Positions 11,130 to 25,236 of a stretch of DNA of 64,000 nt are shown here, in pieces. The first letter of the stretch is position 1. Every line of letters begins with the position of its first letter. The notes under the pieces were generated by a model. That model ran no database searches and had not been told where the DNA came from. It saw only the letters and a program-made list of their open reading frames with translations. Made by a program: the position numbers and the translations under genes. This DNA is from Octopus sinensis (lineage: Eukaryota). The stretch is taken from contig NC_043002.1 of the NCBI RefSeq assembly GCF_006345805.1, positions 57,536,001 to 57,600,000 of the forward strand, written 5' to 3'.

Positions 11130-11136
<7 letters not shown>
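10053..11136 (+). mobile_element. Element bounded by ~240-bp direct repeats, 842 bp apart (PLE pLTR-like)
   Basis: 10053-10293 and 10895-11136 are near-identical. A degenerate hammerhead-like motif at 10851-10890 precedes the second repeat. A partial inverted third copy lies at 18745-18850. Confidence 0.55.
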
Positions 11137-11169
<33 letters not shown>

Positions 11170-11253
11170 TGTGTGTACAATTATTTGTGTGAATGTGTAT
11201 ATATGTAAATATATATATAATGTGTGTATATATATATATGTGTGTATATATAA

Positions 11254-11291
<38 letters not shown>

Positions 11292-11313
11292 AATATACAT
11301 ATATATATATATA

Positions 11314-12398
11314 TCTGTGTTCGGTTTGTCCTTACACAGAGGCCATCCGGATTCCCGTTTGCGCCGTGAACAGGAATTAATCTTCTCTCTTCGCTCTTAT
11401 ACGCCATTTGGTCTCAACTCTCCCCCCTCCTCATCTAACCCCCTCTCCCCCCTCCTCACCTATCCTTTCTCCCCCGACCCCTACTTCTTCAGTCCTTCAT
11501 CCTTTCAACCCTACTCCCCTTCCCTTCTTCCCCCCTCCCTCTTCCCATTCCCTCTGCTCCCTCACTCCCTCTCTCCCCTTCTCTCTCCCCCTCTCCCTCT
11601 TTCCTCCTTCATCCCCCTCCTCACCTTCCTTCTCCCCCATCCTCTCCTCTCCTCTCTCCTCTTCTCCTCCCCTCTTCTTCCCCCCTCTTCTCCCCCTCCC
11701 CCTCTTCTCCTCACTACACCACATGACTTTACACATCACATCACATATGATGTGCCATACTAATACACACACCAACTAATACATACTAATACGTACTAAT
11801 ACATACTAGTACATACTAATACTTACACCAACCCTATACATACACACGTCCAGACCCCGCATACGCACTTATACTCTCTCACACACACACACACACCTAT
11901 ACATACCAATACGTACTAATACATACTAATACATACTAATACATACACCAACCCCATACATACGCACGTCCAGACCAATCCTACGCACTAATACTCTCTC
12001 ATACACACACACACACACACACCCTTATACATACTAATACATACACCAACCCTATACATACACACATCCAGACCCCTCCCACGCACTATTAGCTGGTCCC
12101 CTCAACCCATTTATCAACCCTATTATCTCCCCTTATTTCGCTCTCGCGTCTCATGTTTGATCTTTGACCTCTGGCCGAAATCAGATCGCCATGTTGATTC
12201 GTTAGCTGCTGCACGCATTTTTTTTTTTCTCCTCTTTCTGTGTTTTTCTCTCTCTGTGTATCTTTCTGTTGAAGAGCGTAGGCTCGAAACGTTAAAGACT
12301 TGTTTTATTTATATTTCCTGAGCGCCATACTAATACAATTGTTCGTTTGTTTTCCACCTGCCTTCGTCTTTTGTTTATTTTCATAAAGCTTCCCGTTA
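11314..12398 (+). mobile_element. Penelope-like element 3' remnant
   Basis: FGLSLHRGHPDSRLRREQELIFSLRSYTPFGLN matches the GIY-YIG C-terminal pattern R..EQ.LIF.L....P.GLN. Followed by a C/T-rich tract, a ~120-bp imperfect tandem repeat (11750-12090) and a minimal hammerhead motif. Confidence 0.75.
12261..12298 (+). ncRNA. Minimal type I hammerhead motif with variant core (CUGUUGA)
   Basis: TCTTT-CTGTTGA-A-GAGC gtag GCTC-GAAA-CGTT-AAAGA: stems I and II pair fully; A6 is replaced by U. Confidence 0.55.
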
Positions 12399-12516
12399 TA
12401 TATATATATATATGTACATATATATTGTCTGTGTATATATTACTATATTTATATACGTTTTGTGTAAGTACGTTTGTGTATATGTGTATGCATGTTTGTA
12501 CATGTATATATTTATA

Positions 12517-12566
<50 letters not shown>

Positions 12567-12591
12567 TTTCCACGTATGTATATATGATATA

Positions 12592-12634
<43 letters not shown>

Positions 12635-13377
12635 ATGTGTGTGTTTGTGCAGTGTGTGCGTGCGTATATATATATATATATATATTATTTGCCAACCTTA
12701 TTTTCGGTTGCCTTATCTATTGTTAGTTGACAAATGTGTTCAGCGTGATATACGTTTGTTCTGTGAGGCTGCACAAGCATACTTGTGTGCATGTGTTTCA
12801 TTGTATGTATGCGTGTGCGTGAGCGTGAGTGTGTACAAATACACTACAGTTCTGTCGATATACATACCTGAATATCAATCTATCAGTTCACATATTTCTT
12901 ATCGATTATTCTACCCAACTTCCCAATCGGTTTGATGATCAATTTACTCTCTGTAATCTAAATAATTTCCCCACTCAATCTGTTATTCCATTCGTTTTGA
13001 GTCATAATGCTATCAACTTCATTACTGTAGATATTCGAAAAGATTTGCAGTTCTATCTCCACCACAGAGAAGGAGAGAGGGAGAAAAAGACAGAGGTGTA
13101 TATTCATATTTTAGTATGCGTATACGTTGGCACAATCTCTAATAAGCGAAACAAAGACAAACTCACGCGCACACAACCAAAGGAGCGCACAAACTTACAT
13201 CAAACACACATAATATTTCAAGCGAAAACGCTTTGCTTCCGTATTTAATCAGCTTTACGGTCATTTAAGTAAATTATACAGTTTTTAATGTCTATTATTG
13301 GGTTCATATATATATATATATATATATATAGAAAGACATATGTGCGTATGAGGGTATACATATGTACATATATTTGC

Positions 13378-13417
<40 letters not shown>

Positions 13418-13511
13418 ATATATATACATGTATATTTATGCATTTATATATATGCATATACATGTATAGATATATGTGTATATATATATGTATGTATATA
13501 CATATATGTAC

Positions 13512-13550
<39 letters not shown>

Positions 13551-13816
13551 CAAATATTTATATATTCAAACACATAGGATGACGTATATGCGTAAACATA
13601 TCTAAAATGTAAAAGATTTGATTTGAAGATAAATACATATGCATAAATACACACACACACACACGCGCTCACATATATACATACATATATATATCATATA
13701 CACACATATATACATATATATTATATATATATGTATATATATATAACGTATATATATGATATATATAAACATATATGTATATATAAGATATAAATATATA
13801 TGTATATATGTATATA

Positions 13817-13891
<75 letters not shown>

Positions 13892-13943
13892 GTGTATGTG
13901 AGCGTATGTATATACACACATGCAGACACAAATATAGTCATTC

Positions 13944-14019
<76 letters not shown>

Positions 14020-14402
14020 ATGCATATGTATATTTGAGATTTATAAATTCATATTGTCTGTTGGTATATACCAATACAAGTATAACTCTTTGTGTTCATT
14101 ATCTGTCTTTATCACTTTGGCTTTGTGTGTATGTGTGTATACACTCACACACACCCAAACTTGTGTGCACATGTGTGTCTGATTACATAGTACCCGTGCG
14201 TGCGTGTGTGTGTGTGTTTATGGTGCTTAAGCGTCGTGTGATTTAGTTTCAGCTATCTTCGATTATTTTGAAATTATCAATTGTTTTCATTTCATTCGTC
14301 CTTCCCCCCTTCCTTTTCGTTTTGTTTATTTCCTATTTATTATTTATCAGCTTTCGTAACGGAAAAGCTCAACAAATACATACATATATACATACATACG
14401 TA

Positions 14403-14461
<59 letters not shown>

Positions 14462-14525
14462 GCATGTGTGTGTGTGTGTGAGTGTATGTATGTATACATA
14501 AATATGTATATATATATACATATAT

Positions 14526-14590
<65 letters not shown>

Positions 14591-15502
14591 CACAGACACA
14601 CACATTCTAACATTCTGTTTGGTATTTTTCACGTCATTATGTGTTTTATTATCAAAAGAACATTTCTTTCAGAACAGAAACAATTTTCATGTCTGCTAAT
14701 CAATGGTGCATATTTTCTTTGACGCCTTCTGATTCATCATGGCGGCGTTTGACTAACGAAATCGTCATTAATGTTCCTCTTCTCTTCCCTTACCAACCTT
14801 ACACCTTACAGCTTTATAAATTTGAATACAATAAATATATTTGATATTCCATTGGTGCACTATACAGATAATTTCAATAGTAAAGGAAAATATAATTCAA
14901 AAGTCATTCATTTAGTTTATTTATGATATACAAAGCACTATGTTGTTGTTCTTGCTGTTGTTGTTTCTTAGTTTATAATGGTCGATATAATACAAAATTA
15001 TTGAAAGGTGGCTAACTTAAATTGACTCTTGTTTGTCAAAACCAACTGATTCATAACCTATAATGAGTAGGTTACATCATCAATAATTTATATGTTGCGC
15101 AGACACAGAGCTTCCGATGGCTCGCTCGTTATCTTTAGTGTTGTTGACAGTCAGAAAAATACGAGATAAAACTTTCTTTCTACTTGTTGTACAGAGCTGA
15201 ACGTCCTTACTGGTGAAAATATACTTGATGCATCAAGCTCAAAATAGCGTCCATTTTTACCATAGAGATTTCGCTACTTACAGCATGAGTGGCATCCTGT
15301 TCTTGTAGTCTTTTGCAGTTGGATGCCATAGTCATACACACATCATATCGGCATTCGCGCCATATCTCTATTGCTGATGTTTCAATTGGACAGTCGCTAT
15401 TCTCAGCAATACTCTACGTGGTTTCAGTTTCAGTCCATCTGCTCGGCACCTTAGGCGATCGTCTTCAAGACCGATTTATATATCAAGCTGTTCATTACAA
15501 CT

Positions 15503-15890
15503 GTCGAATCAGTGCTGTTATATGGCAGTGAAGCATGGACACTCACACAGAAATTATCAAACGGGCTAAATGGATGCCACACAAGGGTGCTACGAATGGA
15601 CGTAAATCTGAAATGGCAGTCACTTATGACAAATGGATGCCTTTATGGAGACCTACCGAAAATTAGTGAGATGATAAGACAAAGATGGCTGTGACTCTCG
15701 GGACATTGCGTGCGTCACACTGTACTGAAAGCATCCACATTAGTCTTGTTGTACCCGCTTCATAATGATGTAAGAAGAGGAAAACATCGTCACGACGCTT
15801 ACATCGACAGCTTGATCGCAGATACTGGCCTGGAATGAATCCAGGAGACCTCGAGGCAGTGATAATGGACAGAGAGGTGTGGTAGGTAGA
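15503..15890 (+). mobile_element. RTE-clade LINE 3' fragment
   Basis: VESVLLYGSEAWTLT...HTRVLRM..N.KWQ..MTN..LYGDLPKISEMIRQRWL*LSGHCVRH. Confidence 0.8.
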
Positions 15891-15934
15891 CTTTTTGTTA
15901 ATGCAGCTTGGGTTTAAGATCGGCCGTAAATAAT

Positions 15935-16636
15935 ATTAACAAAAACATATAATGAAAAGAAACATAACAAGTAACTGCAGAATATGTGGAGATGGACAAG
16001 AAACAATAAATCATATTATCTCTGGCTGCCCAGTCCTGGCTAAGAAGGAATATATTCATAGACACGACAGAGTTGGGACCTACATACACTGGAAGCTATA
16101 CCAACATTATGGAATGACAACAGAAAAAAGATGGTATAGGCACACGCCAGAAAAGGTCACAGAAAACGAGAAAGCAACCATAATCTGGGATATGCCAATA
16201 CACACAGATAGAGAAATTAAGGCCAACAGACCAGATATAGTTGTCAGAGATCATGAAGAAAAAATGCTTTCTAATTGATGTATCAATACCAGCAAATGAC
16301 AACGTTTCTCTAAAAGAAATGGAGAAACTCTCAAAATACAAAGACCTGGAAATAGAGGAAATTCGAATGTGGAATCTAAAAACAGAAACAATTCCTATCA
16401 TAGTAGGCGCATTAGGTATGATAAAAAATATTCAGACAAATACATAACAGAAACACCAGGACTTACAAACACATATAACATACAGAAAATTGCACTACTG
16501 GGCACTGCACACATCCTACGCAAAACACTTTCAATACAGTAACCACCAGAGCATCACAACAAATCACAGTACATACCCAAGGCACAGAGAACTGCGCTCG
16601 GTAGTGAAGTGAAAGCACGCTATAAAAATGAAACTA

Positions 16637-16640
<4 letters not shown>
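15935..16640 (+). mobile_element. R4/Dong-like RLE LINE 3' portion with (TAA)n tail
   Basis: CCHC motif CRICGDGQETINHIISGC; RLE motifs RPDIVV, IDVSIP, EKLSKYKDL, IPIIVGALG (frameshifted). 3' UTR then (TAA)n at about 16641-16706. Confidence 0.9.
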
Positions 16641-16676
<36 letters not shown>

Positions 16677-16849
16677 GCAATAACAACAAAAACAACAATA
16701 ATAATAGTTATACTTGTACTGGAACGTATGCCACCATTATGATATCCCGCACCCTGGTATGAACACAATCCAGAGGCAGTCATTGAGAGAACGAATGTTA
16801 CTATTCTACGGGATTATGGGATACATGCAGACAAGCAAATAAATGATAA

Positions 16850-17090
16850 CGGACCAGACAACGTCATAGGAAAGGAATTTGAAAACCTGTCGAAATATAA
16901 GGACCTTGAGATTAAGATATCTAGGACGTGATAATTCAAAACCAAAACAATCCCTGTTGTGGTAGATGCCCTAGGAATGATCAAGAAAGGTAGTGACAAA
17001 TTTTTCGACCAGATCTCTGATAAACCGACGATCTATGACTCAAAAAATTGTGTTGACATCAACTGCCTACATTCTCAGGATGCGGCCGAG
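16850..17090 (+). mobile_element. Degenerate RLE LINE C-terminal fragment
   Basis: KEFENLSKYKDLEIKIS ... TIPVVVDALGMIKKG. Confidence 0.75.
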
Positions 17091-17559
17091 ACATTATAAT
17101 TCTTGAAGTGGATGGGTCTAAAATCCAAAAATCCAGCACATCACCCATGACTTTCGGAAACAGCTTTCACGTTTAGAATTGTCGAAACATGGAATCTGCA
17201 TCAGTTGTTAGCTTTTAGGACTCTGCGTCCTTCAAAAAATACCTCAAATTCACCGTAACTTGAAAACGTCGGTCCGCTCGCCTTCATTAGACTGTGTTGC
17301 TTTGAAATAGTTTCTGGCAGGAAGTTTTTTTTTTTTATCGGTGGAACAATTTTAACACCATGAACTAAATACAACATACCCATTTACACCTTTACGACCA
17401 TGCCTGACTGACCAATAAACAATAACAAACGTCCCATATTAAACCATAATGAATCTCTTTACCATCGTTTTCTGTCAGCCTACACTCTACAATAACATTC
17501 TTTCGTCTTTTCTACCACTACTCTCCCTGACTACACAACTACCTCTCTGTCTTCCTACA

Positions 17560-17700
17560 CCACACCTAATCATTAAAATTGCCCCAGTGAGCGAAAAAAC
17601 GACATACCAGAGATTATATGAGGCAAGAACCATTCAATGTTAACCAAAGTCTGATGATGGCGATTAAGCTGAAACGTCGAAGTCGCTCTCAACCTTTCTT
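17560..17700 (+). mobile_element. Possible PLE terminus with degenerate hammerhead
   Basis: CTGATGA(17651)-t-GGC gattaa GCT-GAAA-C-GTC; stem I does not pair. Confidence 0.4.
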
Positions 17701-17784
17701 TGTTAGAATATACACACAGAAACACACACACACACACACACATTTGTGTATGTGAAAACAATACACTATAATACAATATATAAA

Positions 17785-17945
17785 TCTTTCTACTGAAGGC
17801 ACAAGATCTGAAATTCTTGGGAGGCGTATTAATTATTTATATCGACCCCAATGCTTGACGAGAACTTATTGATCGAGCATAAAGCCTGAAGAAATACCGC
17901 TGGAGCACTTTGTCCGGCACGGTAACCATTCCGCCAGCTCAATGC
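17785..17945 (-). mobile_element. Degenerate SINE family A
   Basis: tttctactgaaggcacaagatctgaaatt ... atcgacccca ... aaataccgct ... attccgccagctc. Confidence 0.65.
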
Positions 17946-18173
17946 TTTAGCAACAAAAAAAAAAACAACAAAAAATACATGATTCTTATACAAAGTATAC
18001 GCATACACAGAAACTCATATCCAGTCGCACATTAGAAGAATGTACGTATATAAGTAAAAAAAAATACAAATGAAAAATTGGTAAGAAAATGAATACGATT
18101 ATTTCTTCTGTTCAGTTGCATAGATATGGGACTGCTATACTTACTCATACTTTTATATTTGATATTAAATAAC

Positions 18174-18232
<59 letters not shown>

Positions 18233-18234
<2 letters not shown>

Positions 18235-18542
18235 TCTTTACTCTTTTACTCTTTTACTTGTTTCAGTCATTTGACTGCGGCCATGCTGGAGCACCGCCAG
18301 TACTTATTCTGTCGGTCTCTTTTGCCGGACAAACACAGACACAAACACATACACACATATATATATATATATACATATATACGACGGGCTTCTTTCAGTT
18401 TCCGTCTACCAAATCCACTCACAAGGCATTGGTCGGCCCGAGGCTATAGCAGAAGACACTTGCCCAAGATGCCACGCAGTGGGACTGAACCCGGAACCAT
18501 GTGGTTGATTAGCAAGCTACTTACCACACAGCCACTCCTGCG
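18233..18542 (-). mobile_element. tRNA-derived SINE, family B (internally deleted)
   Basis: Minus head gcaggagtggctgtgtggtaagtagc..ggttcagtccc, core ggcatcttgggcaagtgtctt, internal microsatellite, tail gactgaaacaagtaaaagagtaaaagag. Confidence 0.88.
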
Positions 18543-18685
18543 ATATATATATATATATCCATGTATGTATGTATGTTTATCTATATATATATATATATAT
18601 ATATATACATCTATATATATACGCATATACATATATATACACACAATATAATATATATATATATATTGACAAATATATATACATG

Positions 18686-18739
<54 letters not shown>

Positions 18740-19472
18740 TGATAAATAAAATATATGCATACACACAAACATATATGTACGTACCTACATCTACATGTAT
18801 ATATACATGCATATATAAATAATTATACGTGAGTACAGGACACCACAATAAGACAGAGAAACATATTCAGTCGGTGTATTTGTTATCTACGTACACATAT
18901 ATTACATATACACTTTTCAGATAACACATATTCAATAAGTAGTGGAAAATAATCAGATAAAAACTTTTCTTCTTTAGATACGAAATACACCTACAAAATT
19001 TCAATAACTCTATCTCACTTCATATAGAAAAACAAAACTAATGAGTTTGCTGTCACGTCATCTTACACGTAATTCTTTAACAATAATATATTTTACACGA
19101 AGAAAAACATTTAAACAGATTACTTTGACAATTCTTCAGAGACTGTGTAAATGATGTAAATAATTTTTGAGAAATGTAATGGATATTGTAGAGTGTTTGT
19201 ATACCAATGCCTATAACTAGTGTATCAAAGAATTTACTTAAATATAAGTGATAAGAGTGGTTAAATATAAAACTTAGATAAACTAAGAAATGCTTCGGTT
19301 AAAGATTATCTGAAGCCATGAGGATAATTCTTTATTGCCGCCTTTGTTGGTTTGTTGGAGGGAGAGAGAGAGAAAGAAAAGCAAATAGTTGTTGGGAGAA
19401 ATAGACAGAAAGAGAGGTTTCAGGACACTAAAGAAAGAGGAGAAAAATATAGGATGAGAAAAGGATAGATAA

Positions 19473-19529
<57 letters not shown>

Positions 19530-20254
19530 CAGACAGAGAGAAAGACAGGGTGAGAGAAGGAAGTTTCTTTTCAATTCGATGTAGTCAATTCATTGAAATT
19601 TCATTACAAAACATTTTTCTCTTATCCTTTCTCCTTTCTTTCTTGTTTCTTTCCACTATATACCTATCAACATATTTGTAAATAACCGCATTTTCTCACA
19701 AGAGTTAGTGACTTTTCAAAGATGTCAATTTTAGGAAGTAGGATGGAAAAATCGGTCATCACTGCAAAATAAAAAAAGAGTTCAAGGTTCTAATGAAAAC
19801 GTGAAAATGTACATTCCCTTACACTTGTATAATCAAGTCTCATATTGTAATGTAATTCCATTTGCATGAACAAACATTAATATTAGTACAGTATTCATAA
19901 ATTAGCAAAATAAATTCAGAATATAAAAAATAATTTAATATTGTTTATAAAACAATTTATTTTCTATGTACATTTAATCAAACATCATAAATGAGTTTTG
20001 TACGTATATTGCATATTTAGCTGGATGCCACTGTATGAGATATGAATTATATAATAAAGCAGGGCCTGCTTAAATATATTTGTTTAGTATCTTTCATCCT
20101 TTTGTAGGATTTATTTCTGTTTTTCTTGCTTGTTTGGATAAGACAATTAAAAAGAAATCTTTTTCACGAATTACTTTGCCAAGTAACTACATAGATATCT
20201 TTCCTAATCAGTGGTAAAATGGTTCTAGAATTCTTCCAAAGAAATTAATGAACA

Positions 20255-20500
20255 CACGATTCCATTTATTAATACGCACAATCCTGGCGGTGGCCAACAT
20301 CTTTCACACCATAAAAGAAAAACCTGTCTGTATTAGAAAAGCCCCCCAAAGCTCCAAAAGAAAAAATCTGATTGATAAAAACCCCTTACGAAACAGGTGT
20401 CAACCAAAAAACACCTCACAAGTGCAAAATTCCCAACAGAGAATGAATCAGAATTCTCCGTATAAGAATGCGGAGATAGCAGATATGGAACTTGTAACAA
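20255..20500 (+). mobile_element. PLE post-RT linker fragment
   Basis: IPFINTHNP (20259) and frameshifted QPK/HLTSAKF resemble the PLE pattern PF..THNP...RQP.NLK..LT.AKF. Confidence 0.5.
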
Positions 20501-21977
20501 CAACAACAACTTTAAATACTTAGAAACTGGTTCCCACCTAATATTCAAGAGCAGATTCTCGTTCAAAATAAATGCGGATATGAACTGAAAGACGCAGAAT
20601 CTCATATACTCTATTAATTACCTCAACTACAAGGAACACGGTGAAATGAAGTGTTTTGCACAAAGCATCGCCGGTTCGGGAATCGAAACCATTCTCTCAA
20701 GATCATAAGTGCTACTGTTCAACCATTAAGCCACCTGCTCTCACAGACTTGGCGATAAAGTTTCCCAAAGGAAAAGATACCCTTAATGAATCCGGTTTTC
20801 TTCTTCTCGGATTTTCGTAGCATAGGGAGGAGACTGGCAACGCTGGAGAATTTCCAGAAACGTGTTTCAAATGAGTTGAAATCTGGGTCGGCTGTGTTGT
20901 TGTGAAACCATTCAAACTTATTTCTCTTTACTTGTATTTCTTACATTTTTGAAACCATTTACAGTTATATACAAATATACACACACATATTTATATGTAT
21001 AAGTAATTATACAAACATACACACATCTATACACACACATATCCACCATACAATTATATATATATACATTTATAAGCGTATATATATATGCACACACACA
21101 CACGTATATACATATATATGTCTACATATACATATATATATATATGCATATATATGTATATATGTGTATATATGTATATGTACATATATGTATGTATGTA
21201 TGCATATATATATATATATATATATATATAATGCAGAAGGGTATTGAAATACCTCTTGCTATGAACAGAGCTATCCCTCTAAACCACAATATACTCACTA
21301 TAAATACACACACACACACACACACACACATACATACATACATATATATATATATATACATATATGTATGTATATATATATGTATATTTACATACATATA
21401 TGTATGTATTTATATATATGTATATAAGCACTTTATGTATGACTTCCTACATATGTATGAATGACTTTCGCTGTATCTCACTTGCGCATTATAGATCTAA
21501 AGTAAACCGTTTCGTGATTTAGTAAAGTAATTTATTATTTTTCCCTCTCGTTTTATGGTTGTCACGCATTGAATTGTCTTCCAGATAATACCCGAACTAT
21601 TCACAATTTACAAGCAGTAAATCAAAACAAATCAAAGGTTTTTCTCTGTTTCTTCTATGTTGATTTTTATAGACTTTTGTAATTGTTCTGTCTGGATGTA
21701 GGTACGTGTGTATGCATCCGTACGTGTGTGTGTGTCTTTGTATGTGTGTGTCTGTGTGTTTGTGCGTGCGAGTGTTCTTGTGTGTGTGTGTGTGTGTATG
21801 TGTGACGTTGTATTTGTCTCCGACCCAACACCTTGATAACCATGTTGGTTTATTTGAGTTGGTTTGTTTCAGTGCCTCAGCATGGCCGCATTCCAATGAC
21901 TAGAACAAGTAAAAGATGAAAAAAATAACTGATACCTCTGCATGTAAATAAGCACACACACACACGCACACACACAT

Positions 21978-22026
<49 letters not shown>

Positions 22027-22084
22027 TATCACAGTATAGACGAAGTCATCAGCTGATGTTATACACCAATGCGCTTTCAAATTC

Positions 22085-22345
22085 TAGTCACAACGTGCTT
22101 CCGATTCTGTCTTGATTGCATGACTCAAATTGACTGTCTTCCGATCGTCGTGGAGGCCTTTTTACGATCTCTTGGACACCACTTGGCAACTGTCCGGGTC
22201 CTCCTCTTGTCTGTGAACCTTGCAACATATCCAATCAAGTGGAACTTGTGCTTTCGCTATTCTGCAATCACATCGTTCACTCCACTCCGTTCTCGAATGA
22301 TCTTATTTCGAATGAGTTCTTGTAAAATTCCCGGTATGGATTTTT
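22085..22345 (-). mobile_element. RTE-clade LINE 3' fragment
   Basis: IRNKIIRERSGVNDVIAE*RKHKFHLIGYVARFTDKRRTRTVAKWCPRDRKK. Confidence 0.8.
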
Positions 22346-22422
22346 CCATGGCCCTATATAGGCATGTAAGTGTGTGTGTATGTGTGTATGTGTGTGTGTG
22401 TGTGTGCGTAGATATGCATGTA

Positions 22423-22742
22423 CAGTGATACCTCGCAGTACGAGTTTAATTTGTTCCATGACCGAGCTCGTCTTATGATTTATTCGTTTTACAAATCAAT
22501 TTTCCCCATTGAGATTAACTAAAATATAATTAATCCGTTTCAGCGCCCCAAGCCACTCAAAATTAATTTTTATGGGTTTTAAAATAGAAATGGTGCAGTT
22601 ACGAGTAAAATGACAATTATAAAAAAAAGAGAATGCAAAAGAAATATGTAAACTGGTCTTATTTACTGAATTACCTTAAAGATGAGACGATCTGTGCGCT
22701 CGTACTACGGATTTCCGCTCGAACTTCACGACAAAAGTTCGC
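22423..22742 (+). mobile_element. Tigger/pogo-like non-autonomous DNA element
   Basis: TA+CAGTGATACCTCGCAGTACGAG terminus and gctcgtactacg subterminal repeats; right end lost. Confidence 0.55.
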
Positions 22743-22840
22743 ACACACACACACACACATGCACACACATGCCCACACACACACACACGCACGTTGTATA
22801 TATATATATATATATATATATATTACATCATAAAAATATA

Positions 22841-24054
22841 TAGGGTCATCCCATAAATAATGCGGTTTTTTTTCAATTGCATGAACTAAAAAAGTATGAG
22901 GGGGACGGGATAAACTACCTGCATCAACTTGCTATAAAAGAAGGTAGTAATTTTACCTTGTACTTATTCTTAGTGCAAGTTTTGAAGAGTGTAGTTTTAA
23001 CAGTTATTTTTTTCAAAGTTATAATGGAAGTGACAAAGGAGAATATTCGGCATATTTTGTTTTATGAGTTCACTAAAGGTAATAACGCAACGGAAATTGT
23101 AAGGAATATTAACGCAGTATATAGGGAGTGGACAATAAGCGTAAGCCAGTGTCAATGGTGTTCCAGGAATTCTGAACCTGAAACTACAGCCTAGAAGACG
23201 AGCCTCGACTTGGAAGATCAGTTGAGCTCGATTAGGACGTCCTGCAAACTACGGTGAAACTAGTAGAGAAGCTTGGATTTGGTCATTCTAACATTCATCG
23301 ACACCTGCGTGCCATCGGAAAAGTCAGCAAATTGGGTCAATGCGCTTCTCACAAACTTTCAGAGTCTAATTGCATGCAGAGGGCGAATGTGTGCTCTTCT
23401 TTGCTGTCACGTCTCATGAATGAACATATTGTTGAACCGAATTGTGACTGGTGGATGAGAAATGGGTTCTCTATAAAAATGGTAAGCGCCGAAGACAGTA
23501 GGTAGGGAAAGGAGAAACATTGGCATCCCAGGCTAAAGAAGGTCTTCACTCACGTAAGGTGTTGTTATCTGTTTGGTCGGATATGAAAGGTTTAGTCCAC
23601 TTTGAACTTTTAAACCCAAACCAAACGATAACAAAGGAGATCTACTGCGAACAGCTTGAGCAGCTTAAGTCAGCGTTAGAAGAAAAAACAACCAAAAAAT
23701 GTTCTTCCATCAGGAAGATGCTCTGCCATATATAGCGAGGATGACATTCTAAAGGCTGGAACAGTTTGAATGGAAAACAATGCCCCACCCACCATATTCA
23801 CCAGATATTGCCCCATCTGATTATCATTTATTCCGCAGTCTTCAAAATCATTTGGAGGGAAAAATATGAATTCTGTAGACGAGGTCACAACAGTAATGGA
23901 GGAGTATTTTTCGTCGCGGACAAGTGAATTTTGGAAGAGGGGCCTTGCAAGTCTATCAGAGCATTGTAGAAAATGAAGGAGAGTATATTTTAGAGTATAT
24001 TTTTGAAAATAAAAGTATGAAAAAAACTCGCATTATTTATGGGATGACACATTA
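22841..24054 (+). mobile_element. Near full-length mariner (D34D) transposon, inactivated
   Basis: ~30-bp TIRs gggtcatcccataaataatgcggttttttt / aaaaaaactcgcattatttatgggatgacac. Transposase MEVTKENIRHILFYEF from about 23028, degenerate WVPH and VTGDEKW, KVLLSVW, PHPPYSPDIAPSDYHLF. Several frameshifts. Confidence 0.92.
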
Positions 24055-24439
24055 TTTTATACTGATTTTTGTTTTTAACCCAACACCGTTTATAATCAAA
24101 GAAAAAACAGAACTGGTGTGCTAGAATTTTTTTTTCAAAGATATAATACCAGCATAATTCGAATGAAACTTCTTCAAACCAGTCACAATATCGGGTCTCT
24201 CAGAATTCATCAGATTTTGTGATACAAGAAAAATTTGGTGTAAAATACAGGTAAAACACTAACATTCGGAACACTGATGGTCTAGAATTTCTTATAATCC
24301 GCACTAATTGACGAATAGGGACTTCAAATTCCTGCGACCACGAGACTAGCTTATTGGGTGACCCTATTTCACAGTACAATAGTAGCAAACTTGTATCATT
24401 TAAACTAATGTGCATGTGGGATGTAGCTGTGCCGTTAGA

Positions 24440-24625
24440 AGTTTGCTTCCCAACCACATGTTTCTGACTTCTTTCAGTTTCCATCTACCAAATTCACTCA
24501 TAAAGCCTTGTTCGGCCAGTGACTATAGTAGTAGATTCTTACCCAAGGTGCCACGCAGTGGGGCTGAACCCAGAACCATGAGGTTGAGAAGCAAGCTTCT
24601 TACCACACAGCCACACCTGCGCCTA
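24440..24625 (-). mobile_element. SINE family B, 5' part
   Basis: tttcagtttccatctaccaaattcactcataaagc ... gcaagcttcttaccacacagccacacctgcgcct. Confidence 0.85.
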
Positions 24626-24949
24626 TATTTGCAAACAAATGTTCCGTAAAATCGACGTTGTGCCTATAGTATCATATAGCCCTACTTTCTCCGGTCAGCT
24701 TAATAATTTCAAAGCCAGGAGAGCAAAATGTTTCTTAAAAACTTGAGCAGGAGGGAAGGGTTTAGTACCAGTTATACGGTGCGTCCTTTCATTACGTTGC
24801 TGTAATTTCTTTATTATAAATATTTGGCTTTACGTTAGAGTTTGATGTGATTATATGTTACAAGCAATATTAAATCATCATAGAAATGTTACACACACAC
24901 ACACACATATGTACAAACAAAATGACATATACATACATACACAGATTAA

Positions 24950-24995
<46 letters not shown>

Positions 24996-25149
24996 CCCCT
25001 GTCTTTATAAGCAAATATAAACGGCAGCAACAGTAGTCCCCAGTCAAACAACCGCGTATATGTTTGCATGTATATATGTATGTACATATTTGTGTGTGTA
25101 TATATATGTATATATATATGTATATATATGTACATACAAATGTATACTA

Positions 25150-25236
<87 letters not shown>

